Origin: Escherichia coli
GTDB lineage: Bacteria > Pseudomonadota > Gammaproteobacteria > Enterobacterales > Enterobacteriaceae
Length of the DNA: 42,065 bases
Assembly (NCBI RefSeq): GCF_003334255.1
Contig: NZ_QOWU01000050.1
Reading direction: 5' to 3' (one strand)
Shown piece after piece: positions 1 to 10,039 of this stretch. Position numbers and translations under genes: made by a program. The notes under the pieces are model-generated. The model ran no database searches, was not told where the DNA came from, and saw only the letters and a program-made list of their open reading frames with translations. Each line of letters begins with the position of its first letter. Positions within the stretch are counted from its first letter, which is position 1.

Positions 1-98
1 AGTTATCGTGAGAGTAATTCATCGGCACGTTAAATCATATCAGGCGTAATACCACAACCCTTAAGTTAGCGCTTATGGGTTTCGGCCCCGGTTCTCTT

Positions 99-725
99 TT
101 ATTTCTGCTTCGTTAACGTGTCATAACTGGTCATCAAATTACGATAATCAGGAATGTGGTTAGAGAACAACGTCGCCAGTCCTTCAATATCATTACGCCA
201 GTCGCGATGCAGCTCGCACGCCACGCCGAACCATGTCATCAATTGCGCACCAGCTTGCGACAAGCGATCCCATGCCGAATGCCGGGTAATTTCATTAAAG
301 GTCCCTGACGCGTCAGTCACGACAAAGACGTCAAACCCTTCTTCAATGGCTGAAAGCGCCGGGAATGCCACGCAAACTTCGGTTACCACACCGGCAATAA
401 TTAACTGTTTTTTACCTGTCGCTTTGACAGCTTTTACAAAATCTTCGTTATCCCAGGCGTTAATATTTCCCGGGCGAGCAATGTAAGGTGTATCGGGGAA
501 TTGTGCTTTCAGTTCTGGAACTAATGGGCCGTTAGGACCGGTTTCAAAACTGGTGGTAAGAATAGTTGGTAAGTTGAAATACTTAGCCAGGTCACCCAGC
601 GCCAGCACGTTATTTTTAAACTTATCGGGTTCGATATCCCGTACAAGGGAAAGTAAACCAGCCTGGTGATCAACAAGCAAAACGGCAGCATCATTTTTAT
701 CAAGACGAACATACGGTTTGGTCAT
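99..725 (-). CDS. ycaC: isochorismatase-family (cysteine) hydrolase YcaC
   Basis: Complete 208-aa ORF (MTKPYVRLDKNDAAVLLVDHQ...), isochorismatase-like fold signature with conserved Cys in ...VVTEVCVAFPA...; length and sequence agree with E. coli YcaC as I recall it. Confidence 0.9.
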   Translation of the reverse strand: MTKPYVRLDKNDAAVLLVDHQAGLLSLVRDIEPDKFKNNVLALGDLAKYFNLPTILTTSFETGPNGPLVPELKAQFPDTPYIARPGNINAWDNEDFVKAVKATGKKQLIIAGVVTEVCVAFPALSAIEEGFDVFVVTDASGTFNEITRHSAWDRLSQAGAQLMTWFGVACELHRDWRNDIEGLATLFSNHIPDYRNLMTSYDTLTKQK

Positions 726-753
726 CCTCTTCTCCTTTCGAGAGTCAGTGGTA

Positions 754-773
754 CGTCTGAAATCGATCAGACG
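754..773. promoter_or_regulatory. 20-bp palindrome CGTCTGA-N6-TCAGACG about 30 bp upstream of the ycaC start, candidate operator
   Basis: Read directly: cgtctgaaatcgatcagacg with perfect 7-bp inverted arms, in the ycaC/ycaD divergent intergenic region. Confidence 0.3.
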
Positions 774-1038
774 CGATGCATTGCTCTGAAAGCATAGACG
801 GGAAATATGAGTTTGCTGTGACCATGAAATTTTTCGACTGAACGAAGCGTATGAAATTTGTGTTAGTTCAATAAAAACAATCAGATGAGACTAATCATCT
901 CTTCAGCATTAGCGTTATGAATGAGTAATATAAATCGATAATACCGCCGCTGGGATATCGCGTATTTTCACCCATTGACAATGTTTTTGGCGGTGGCATG
1001 ATGCGCATGAAATTTGAACTTCCTCACGGTTTTAATTC

Positions 1039-2187
1039 ATGTCCACGTATACCCAGCCTGTCATGCTTTTGCTGTCTGGCCTGCTTTTGTTGACTCTGGC
1101 GATTGCGGTGTTAAATACACTCGTGCCGCTTTGGCTCGCCCAGGAACACATGTCCACATGGCAGGTAGGCGTTGTCAGCTCATCCTATTTTACCGGCAAC
1201 CTTGTCGGTACATTGCTGACAGGGTATGTCATTAAGCGCATTGGCTTTAACCGCAGCTATTATCTGGCCTCCTTCATTTTTGCCGCTGGCTGTGCCGGCC
1301 TTGGCCTGATGATTGGATTCTGGAGCTGGTTGGCTTGGCGTTTTGTCGCGGGCGTCGGCTGTGCCATGATTTGGGTGGTTGTTGAGAGCGCGCTGATGTG
1401 CAGTGGGACGTCACGTAACCGTGGGCGTTTGCTTGCTGCGTATATGATGGTTTATTACGTGGGAACGTTTTTAGGCCAGTTACTGGTCAGCAAAGTTTCA
1501 ACCGAGCTGATGTCCGTATTGCCGTGGGTTACAGGTTTGACGTTGGCAGGGATCTTACCGCTGTTGTTTACGCGTGTGCTGAATCAGCAGGCTGAAAACC
1601 ATGATTCGACGTCAATTACGTCAATGCTAAAACTCCGTCAGGCGCGGCTTGGCGTGAATGGCTGCATTATCTCAGGAATCGTTCTGGGATCTCTATATGG
1701 CCTGATGCCGCTGTACCTCAATCACAAAGGGGTGAGCAATGCCAGCATTGGTTTCTGGATGGCGGTACTGGTCAGTGCGGGTATCCTTGGACAATGGCCG
1801 ATTGGACGTCTGGCGGATAAGTTTGGTCGACTGCTGGTGTTGCGTGTTCAGGTCTTTGTCGTCATTCTCGGCAGTATCGCGATGCTTAGCCAGGCGGCGA
1901 TGGCCCCAGCGTTATTCATCCTCGGTGCCGCTGGCTTTACGCTATATCCGGTGGCGATGGCATGGGCTTGCGAGAAAGTTGAACATCATCAACTGGTGGC
2001 GATGAACCAGGCCTTACTGTTGAGCTATACTGTGGGAAGTCTGCTTGGCCCGTCATTTACCGCTATGCTAATGCAGAATTTCTCCGATAATTTATTGTTT
2101 ATCATGATCGCCAGCGTATCGTTTATCTATTTGCTGATGCTGCTGCGCAACGCCGGTCATACGCCGAAACCCGTTGCTCACGTGTAA
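1039..2187 (+). CDS. ycaD: MFS-family transporter YcaD
   Basis: Complete 382-aa ORF, highly hydrophobic multi-helix protein ([24 protein letters not shown]...), matches YcaD length and sequence as recalled. Confidence 0.9.
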   Translation: MSTYTQPVMLLLSGLLLLTLAIAVLNTLVPLWLAQEHMSTWQVGVVSSSYFTGNLVGTLLTGYVIKRIGFNRSYYLASFIFAAGCAGLGLMIGFWSWLAWRFVAGVGCAMIWVVVESALMCSGTSRNRGRLLAAYMMVYYVGTFLGQLLVSKVSTELMSVLPWVTGLTLAGILPLLFTRVLNQQAENHDSTSITSMLKLRQARLGVNGCIISGIVLGSLYGLMPLYLNHKGVSNASIGFWMAVLVSAGILGQWPIGRLADKFGRLLVLRVQVFVVILGSIAMLSQAAMAPALFILGAAGFTLYPVAMAWACEKVEHHQLVAMNQALLLSYTVGSLLGPSFTAMLMQNFSDNLLFIMIASVSFIYLLMLLRNAGHTPKPVAHV

Positions 2188-2196
2188 ATGAATTCA

Positions 2197-2239
2197 AGCA
2201 GAGTGTGAACTTACTGTTTCACACTCTGCTTTTTTGTTT
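2197..2239 (+). terminator. intrinsic terminator downstream of ycaD
   Basis: 12-bp perfect stem agcagagtgtga / tcacactctgct with a 10-nt loop, followed by ttttttgttt, starting 10 nt after the ycaD stop. Confidence 0.8.
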
Positions 2240-2396
2240 CTTCTATCTGACTTGCTTTATTCCAAATTTTATTCGTTTAAAAATAAAATGTGCAGCAGGT
2301 TATAATTTTGCATTTCGCTATTTCCGCACTTCTTATTTGCCGCGCATAATCCCTCGTTTTACAGATGCCCCTTTAATTTTGGCGAAGGATTTGTCT

Positions 2397-3827
2397 ATGG
2401 CTGGGAATGTTCAGGAAAAACAGTTGCGATGGTACAACATTGCGCTGATGTCTTTTATCACTGTCTGGGGTTTTGGCAACGTTGTTAATAACTATGCCAA
2501 CCAGGGGCTGGTGGTTGTTTTTTCATGGGTGTTTATCTTTGCACTCTATTTCACACCTTATGCGCTAATTGTTGGTCAGTTAGGCTCGACCTTCAAAGAT
2601 GGGAAGGGCGGGGTCAGTACCTGGATTAAACACACGATGGGACCCGGACTGGCTTATCTCGCCGCGTGGACCTACTGGGTGGTGCATATTCCCTATCTGG
2701 CACAAAAACCCCAGGCAATTCTGATTGCGCTCGGTTGGGCGATGAAAGGCGACGGTTCGCTAATCAAAGAATATTCAGTCGTAGCGTTACAGGGGTTAAC
2801 GCTGGTGCTGTTTATCTTCTTTATGTGGGTTGCTTCACGCGGTATGAAATCGCTGAAAATCGTCGGTTCTGTGGCAGGGATTGCTATGTTTGTTATGTCG
2901 CTCCTGTATGTGGCGATGGCGGTAACCGCGCCTGCAATTACTGAAGTGCATATTGCGACCACAAACATTACCTGGGAAACGTTCATTCCTCATATCGACT
3001 TTACCTACATTACCACTATTTCAATGCTGGTTTTCGCGGTTGGCGGAGCAGAGAAGATTTCTCCTTACGTTAATCAAACGCGCAACCCAGGAAAAGAATT
3101 TCCAAAAGGGATGTTATGCCTGGCGGTGATGGTTGCGGTTTGTGCCATTCTGGGCTCGCTGGCGATGGGGATGATGTTTGATTCGCGTAATATCCCGGAT
3201 GACTTAATGACCAACGGTCAGTATTACGCCTTTCAGAAGCTGGGCGAGTATTACAACATGGGTAATACTTTAATGGTGATTTACGCCATTGCGAATACCC
3301 TGGGACAAGTAGCGGCGCTGGTATTCTCGATTGATGCCCCGCTTAAAGTGCTATTAGGTGATGCTGACAGCAAATATATTCCAGCCAGTTTATGTCGTAC
3401 CAACGCTTCTGGTACGCCCGTTAATGGCTATTTTCTGACCCTGGTACTGGTGGCGATTCTGATTATGCTGCCGACTCTCGGCATTGGTGATATGAACAAT
3501 CTCTATAAATGGCTGTTGAACCTTAATTCGGTAGTGATGCCGCTGCGTTATTTATGGGTATTTGTTGCATTTATTGCAGTCGTTCGCTTGGCGCAGAAAT
3601 ATAAACCAGAATATGTCTTTATTCGTAATAAGCCTCTGGCAATGACCGTCGGGATTTGGTGTTTTGCCTTTACCGCCTTTGCCTGTTTGACGGGGATCTT
3701 CCCGAAAATGGAAGCCTTCACTGCAGAGTGGACCTTCCAGTTGGCGCTGAATGTTGCAACGCCGTTTGTGCTGGTAGGATTAGGACTGATATTCCCGCTG
3801 CTGGCGCGTAAAGCGAATAGTAAATAA
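2397..3827 (+). CDS. ycaM: APC-superfamily amino acid/polyamine transporter YcaM
   Basis: 476-aa polytopic membrane protein starting MAGNVQEKQLRWYNIALMSF; ATG at 2397 preceded by an aagga Shine-Dalgarno. The ORF-track start at 2205 lies inside the ycaD terminator hairpin and is rejected. Confidence 0.85.
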   Translation: MAGNVQEKQLRWYNIALMSFITVWGFGNVVNNYANQGLVVVFSWVFIFALYFTPYALIVGQLGSTFKDGKGGVSTWIKHTMGPGLAYLAAWTYWVVHIPYLAQKPQAILIALGWAMKGDGSLIKEYSVVALQGLTLVLFIFFMWVASRGMKSLKIVGSVAGIAMFVMSLLYVAMAVTAPAITEVHIATTNITWETFIPHIDFTYITTISMLVFAVGGAEKISPYVNQTRNPGKEFPKGMLCLAVMVAVCAILGSLAMGMMFDSRNIPDDLMTNGQYYAFQKLGEYYNMGNTLMVIYAIANTLGQVAALVFSIDAPLKVLLGDADSKYIPASLCRTNASGTPVNGYFLTLVLVAILIMLPTLGIGDMNNLYKWLLNLNSVVMPLRYLWVFVAFIAVVRLAQKYKPEYVFIRNKPLAMTVGIWCFAFTAFACLTGIFPKMEAFTAEWTFQLALNVATPFVLVGLGLIFPLLARKANSK

Positions 3828-4736
3828 TTATTGTGGTCGGTGACGCTGACTCTGGCAGATCTGACCCGTTTTTACATAATCGAGAAATGCGCGCAAGCCG
3901 CAGGACATATACTGGCGGTTTGGATAATAGATCTGGAAGCCTGGACGCTCTGTGCTCCAGTCTTCCAGTACACATTCTAAACGACCAGTATCAAGGTACT
4001 CCTTGATCTGTTCATAGAGCAGATACCCGATACCAGCACCCATCAAAACGGCCTCCAGTTCAGCATCAACATCATCCAGAATGATATTTCCTGCGACAGC
4101 AATTTCCAGCTCCTTTGCAAATTGCCAGTGGAAAGGTTTGCCGCTGGGATAACGAAAAACAACACATTGATGATTAAGCAGATCATGAGGATGGCGGGGT
4201 TTGCCATATCTTGCAAAGTACTCTGGCGTTGCTGCTACACATAATTTCACTGGCGGGCCGATCGCCACGCTGATCATATCTTTTTCGACGATGCAACTAA
4301 GTCGAACGCCAGCGTCAAAGCCCTGTTGGACGATATCGACAAGAGAGTCGTCAGTTGTGAGCTCGACTTTAATATCAGGATATTCACGTGTGAAACCAAC
4401 CAGTAAAGACATTAAAAATATACGTGCAGCTACCCGGGCGGCATTGATTTTGAGCGTTCCTGTCGGTGTCAGACGAAAATCATTCATCTCATCTAACATG
4501 ATCTGAATTTCGTCGAAAGCTGGGCGCAATCGTTCATAGAGATTAGAACCCGCTTCCGTTAACGATACGCTTCGGGTTGTCCGATTGAATAAGCGAATTT
4601 TAAGACGTTGTTCCAGTGTTTTAATACTATGGCTAATGGCGGACGAGGATAAGCCTAACTCATCGCCCGCTGCACGAAAGCTTTGATTACGGGCCACGGC
4701 AAAGAAAGTGGCAAAGTCAGACATATTCATCCGCAT
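3828..4736 (-). CDS. ycaN: LysR-family transcriptional regulator YcaN
   Basis: 302-aa ORF with N-terminal LysR-type HTH (FATFFAVARNQSFRAAGDELGLSSSAISHSIKTLEQRL) and a C-terminal substrate-binding domain; convergent and directly abutting the ycaM stop. Confidence 0.9.
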   Translation of the reverse strand: MRMNMSDFATFFAVARNQSFRAAGDELGLSSSAISHSIKTLEQRLKIRLFNRTTRSVSLTEAGSNLYERLRPAFDEIQIMLDEMNDFRLTPTGTLKINAARVAARIFLMSLLVGFTREYPDIKVELTTDDSLVDIVQQGFDAGVRLSCIVEKDMISVAIGPPVKLCVAATPEYFARYGKPRHPHDLLNHQCVVFRYPSGKPFHWQFAKELEIAVAGNIILDDVDAELEAVLMGAGIGYLLYEQIKEYLDTGRLECVLEDWSTERPGFQIYYPNRQYMSCGLRAFLDYVKTGQICQSQRHRPQ

Positions 4737-4759
4737 TAGTGAAAATCCTTCATTAACTC

Positions 4760-4785
4760 ATCCTGAATCATCACGTTTACAGGAT
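4760..4785. promoter_or_regulatory. inverted repeat ATCCTG-N14-CAGGAT in the ycaN/ycaK divergent intergenic region, candidate LysR-type operator
   Basis: Read directly; located between the divergent ycaN (start 4736) and ycaK (start 4836) start codons. Confidence 0.3.
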
Positions 4786-4835
4786 TATGCCGCCTGCGTA
4801 AAGTGCGCTCCAGAACTTAACGTGGAGGTAAAATT

Positions 4836-5426
4836 ATGCAGTCTGAACGTATTTATTTGGTATGGGCCCATCCTCGTCATGATTCATTGACCGCACATAT
4901 TGCTGATGCGATCCATCAGCGGGCAATGGAGCGGAAAATACAGGTGACGGAACTCGATTTATATCGGCGTAATTTCAACCCAGTGATGACGCCGGAAGAT
5001 GAACCAGACTGGAAGAATATGGATAAACGTTATTCTCCAGAGGTTCATCAGCTTTATTCAGAGCTGCTTGAACATGACACGTTAGTGGTGGTTTTTCCTC
5101 TCTGGTGGTACAGCTTCCCGGCAATGCTAAAAGGATATATTGACAGAGTATGGAATAATGGGCTGGCTTATGGAGATGGGCACAAATTACCATTCAATAA
5201 AGTTCGTTGGGTGGCGCTGGTTGGAGGAGACAAAGAATCATTTGTCCAGATGGGCTGGGAAAAAAATATAAGCGATTATTTAAAAAATATGTGCAGTTAT
5301 CTTGGTATTGAAGATGCCGATGTCACTTTCTTGTGTAATACAGTGGTATTCGATGGGGAAGAACTTCACGCGAGCTATTATCAGTCGTTATTATCTCAGG
5401 TACGGGATATGGTAGATGCACTATAA
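4836..5426 (+). CDS. ycaK: flavodoxin-like NAD(P)H oxidoreductase-family protein YcaK (KefF/KefG/MdaB-like)
   Basis: 196-aa ORF (MQSERIYLVWAHPRHDSLTAH...) with the N-terminal motif typical of NAD(P)H dehydrogenase (quinone)-like proteins; matches YcaK. Confidence 0.9.
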   Translation: MQSERIYLVWAHPRHDSLTAHIADAIHQRAMERKIQVTELDLYRRNFNPVMTPEDEPDWKNMDKRYSPEVHQLYSELLEHDTLVVVFPLWWYSFPAMLKGYIDRVWNNGLAYGDGHKLPFNKVRWVALVGGDKESFVQMGWEKNISDYLKNMCSYLGIEDADVTFLCNTVVFDGEELHASYYQSLLSQVRDMVDAL

Positions 5427-5465
5427 GATGTGTTAAAAACGCTGTAGCAGAATGAAGCGCGGAAT

Positions 5466-5498
5466 AAAAAAGCGGCAACTCAATAAAGTTGCCGCTTT
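5466..5498. terminator. bidirectional intrinsic terminator shared by convergent ycaK and pflA
   Basis: Perfect 10-bp stem agcggcaact / agttgccgct with loop caataa, flanked by aaaaa on one side and ttt on the other. Confidence 0.75.
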
Positions 5499-5507
5499 AC
5501 GGGGAAA

Positions 5508-6248
5508 TTAGAACATTACCTTATGACCGTACTGCTCAAGAATGCCTTTCACGCGTTCCATGGTCTCTTTCTTCGGTGGTTTAACACCGTCGAGTTTGTA
5601 CTCTTCACCCATTGCCACCCATTTGTGTTTGCCCAGCTCGTGGTAGGGGAGAAGCTCGATTTTCTCAACGTTGCCCATATCACGGGTAAATTCACCGAGG
5701 CGATGCGCTGAATCGTCATCGTCAGACCAGCCTGGGACAACAACGTAGCGGATCCACACCTTCACATTTTTGTTCGCCAGATATTTAGCGAACTCCAGCG
5801 TGCGGTGGTTGGAAACTCCAACCAGATTTTGGTGGATCTCGTCGTTCATCTGTTTGAGATCGAGCATTACCAGGTCGGTTACTTCCAGCAGTTCATCAAT
5901 CACCGGATCGTAACGACGAACAAAACCGTTGGTGTCCAGACAGGTATGAATGCCTTCTTTTTTGCAGGCGCGGAACCAGTCACGAACAAACTCAGCTTGC
6001 AGGATTGCTTCACCGCCGGATGCGGTAACGCCGCCGCCGGAAGCGTTCATAAAGTGGCGATAGGTCACCACTTCCTTCATCAAATCTTCAACGGTAACTT
6101 CTTTACCGCCATGCGTGTCCCAGGTGTCGCGGTTATGACAATACAGGCAGCGCATCAGGCAGCCCTGGAAAAAGGTGATAAAGCGAATACCTGGGCCGTC
6201 TACGGTTCCACAGGATTCAAAGGAGTGAATGCGACCAATAACTGACAT
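5508..6248 (-). CDS. pflA: pyruvate formate-lyase activating enzyme (radical SAM)
   Basis: 246-aa ORF starting [20 protein letters not shown] with the CX3CX2C radical-SAM cluster motif ([10 protein letters not shown]); ATG at 6248 has a ggaga Shine-Dalgarno. The 9-codon upstream extension in the ORF track is rejected. Confidence 0.93.
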   Translation of the reverse strand: MSVIGRIHSFESCGTVDGPGIRFITFFQGCLMRCLYCHNRDTWDTHGGKEVTVEDLMKEVVTYRHFMNASGGGVTASGGEAILQAEFVRDWFRACKKEGIHTCLDTNGFVRRYDPVIDELLEVTDLVMLDLKQMNDEIHQNLVGVSNHRTLEFAKYLANKNVKVWIRYVVVPGWSDDDDSAHRLGEFTRDMGNVEKIELLPYHELGKHKWVAMGEEYKLDGVKPPKKETMERVKGILEQYGHKVMF

Positions 6249-6371
6249 TGCGGTGTTTCTCCAGATGTGGCCCATCTGAGGCCGTGTTGGTGCGCAGCTC
6301 GAAGGCTACGTCGAGTCTGTTTTGGCAGTCACCTTAAAGTATAGATAGCTGACAAAAAAGGCTCTCGCGCT

Positions 6372-6400
6372 AAAAAAGGCCCCACTTTCGTGGAGCCTTT
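6372..6400 (-). terminator. intrinsic terminator downstream of pflB
   Basis: On the minus strand ggctccac-gaaa-gtggggcc followed by tttttt, about 40 nt after the pflB stop. Confidence 0.7.
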
Positions 6401-6439
6401 ATTGTACGCTTTTTACTGTACGATTTCAGTCAAATCTAA

Positions 6440-8722
<2,283 letters not shown>

Positions 8723-8776
8723 GTAACACCTACCTTCTTAAGTGGATTTTTTATTTACTGCGTACTTCGACAACCA

Positions 8777-9634
8777 TTAATGGTGGTCGTTTTCACGCAG
8801 GTAAATGACCCAGTATGTCAACCCAACCAACAAACCACCACCGATAATGTTGCCGATCGTAACCGGAATCAGGTTATCAGTGATGAAATTCATCACGGTC
8901 AGGTGAGAAAAATTTTCCGGTGCAGAACCGACTGCGGTCCAAAATTCCGGGGATGCGAAGTCGCGGATTACAATACCCATCGGGATCATAAACATGTTTG
9001 CGATACTGTGCTCAAAACCGCTGGCAACAAACATCGCGACCGGCAGCACCATAATGAACGCTTTGTCCATCAGGCTGCGGCCAGAATAACTCATCCATAC
9101 TGCCAGACATACCATCAGGTTTGCCAGGATACCAAGACAGACGGCCTCAATAAAAGTATGGTGCACTTTGTGGTCGGCGGTTTGTAGGACGTTTAGTCCC
9201 CATTGACCATTTGCGGTCATATACTCGCCGGAAAGCCACATTAAAAGTACAAACAGCAGTGCGCCGACCAGGTTGCCAAAATAGACATTTAGCCAGTTTT
9301 TCGCCAACTGACCCCAGGTGATGCGCCCACTCGCCTTAGCAACAACAATCAACACGGTGGAAGTAAAGAGATCGGCTCCGCAGACAACACAAAGAATCAG
9401 CCCCAGAGAGAAGCAAATGCCGCCAACCAGTTTTGCCATGCCGAAGGGCATTGTGCCTGTGCCAGTGGTTGCTGTGATATAGAAGACGAATGCGATTGAG
9501 ATGAAAACACCGGCGGTAATCGCCAGATAGAAAGTCTTAAGCGGATGTTTCGTTGCTTTATAGACACCCGCCTCTTCGGCCACTTTGGCCATTGCAGCAG
9601 GAAGTAAAAGATCAAAAGGGTTGTCAGCTTTCAC
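8777..9634 (-). CDS. focA: formate channel FocA (formate/nitrite transporter family)
   Basis: 285-aa membrane protein; I place the start at the GTG at 9634-9632 (translation MKADNPFDLLLPAAMAKVAEEAG...), preceded by an aagagagag Shine-Dalgarno. A GTG start for focA is established; the longer TTG-initiated ORF to 9808 is rejected. Confidence 0.85.
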   Translation of the reverse strand: MKADNPFDLLLPAAMAKVAEEAGVYKATKHPLKTFYLAITAGVFISIAFVFYITATTGTGTMPFGMAKLVGGICFSLGLILCVVCGADLFTSTVLIVVAKASGRITWGQLAKNWLNVYFGNLVGALLFVLLMWLSGEYMTANGQWGLNVLQTADHKVHHTFIEAVCLGILANLMVCLAVWMSYSGRSLMDKAFIMVLPVAMFVASGFEHSIANMFMIPMGIVIRDFASPEFWTAVGSAPENFSHLTVMNFITDNLIPVTIGNIIGGGLLVGLTYWVIYLRENDHH

Positions 9635-9694
9635 ACTAACTCTCTCTTTATTAAGTCGGCGACGAGATACTAACAAAGCATTATAGATGAGAAA

Positions 9695-9708
9695 TTGATA
9701 TAGATCAT
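9695..9708. promoter_or_regulatory. FNR-like site TTGAT-ATAG-ATCAT in the focA-pfl control region
   Basis: 9/10 match to the FNR consensus TTGAT-N4-ATCAA, centred about 67 bp upstream of the focA GTG; the pfl operon is known to be FNR-activated from promoters upstream of focA. Confidence 0.5.
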
Positions 9709-10039
9709 ATCTCGCCTGGCTTATAGGCCCGTAACTCGCATGGTTTTTATGCAAATACGGAGTAAATATTTGATTATCCAAATAAAAATAAATTTTAAAA
9801 ATTAACAAATGAGTTGAATTTTTTCCGCATCCTCCGCTAAAACAGTTAATTAAAAGGGAGCATCAGGCGAATAAAGTAACAATATCGATCGTATTTATTA
9901 AATACAAATTACCGATATTTAACCTTATAATTACAATTATTTTATTAATGCAAATATATGTAAAGCGGGGCATTAAAAAAACGCCCCGTAATATAACTCA
10001 GACTAATCATTAAGCCTACATTGCGTAGGCTATTTGATT

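Noticed and set aside
1-98. Possible 3' end of an upstream gene (dmsC in the K-12 arrangement) and a ycaC terminator at the left edge.
   Set aside because: Only 30-50 nt of any reading frame are present, with stops at 31-33 or 47-49 depending on frame. I cannot recognise a protein from so few codons, and I found no clean hairpin plus T-tract there.
2205-2396. ORF-track N-terminal extension of ycaM (start at 2205).
   Set aside because: The extension begins inside the ycaD terminator hairpin and encodes a hydrophobic stretch with no Shine-Dalgarno; the ATG at 2397 has a good Shine-Dalgarno and gives the expected 476-aa protein.
9769-9782. Second FNR site (TTGAT-tatc-CAAAT) upstream of focA.
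   Set aside because: Only the left half-site matches the consensus; the right half is poor, so I do not call it a site, although a second upstream FNR site is known for this operon.
9635-9808. TTG-initiated 58-codon extension of focA, and analogous upstream extensions of pflA (to 6275), ycaO (to 11833), ycaL (from 15408), ycaI (from 19410), cmoM (from 28693), mukE (from 30763) and mepK (from 38234).
   Set aside because: In each case the extension runs into promoter or intergenic sequence or lacks a Shine-Dalgarno, while an internal start gives a protein whose N-terminus (signal peptide, lipobox, Tat motif or conserved N-terminal residues) and length fit the recognised family. For focA the GTG at 9634 is the established start.
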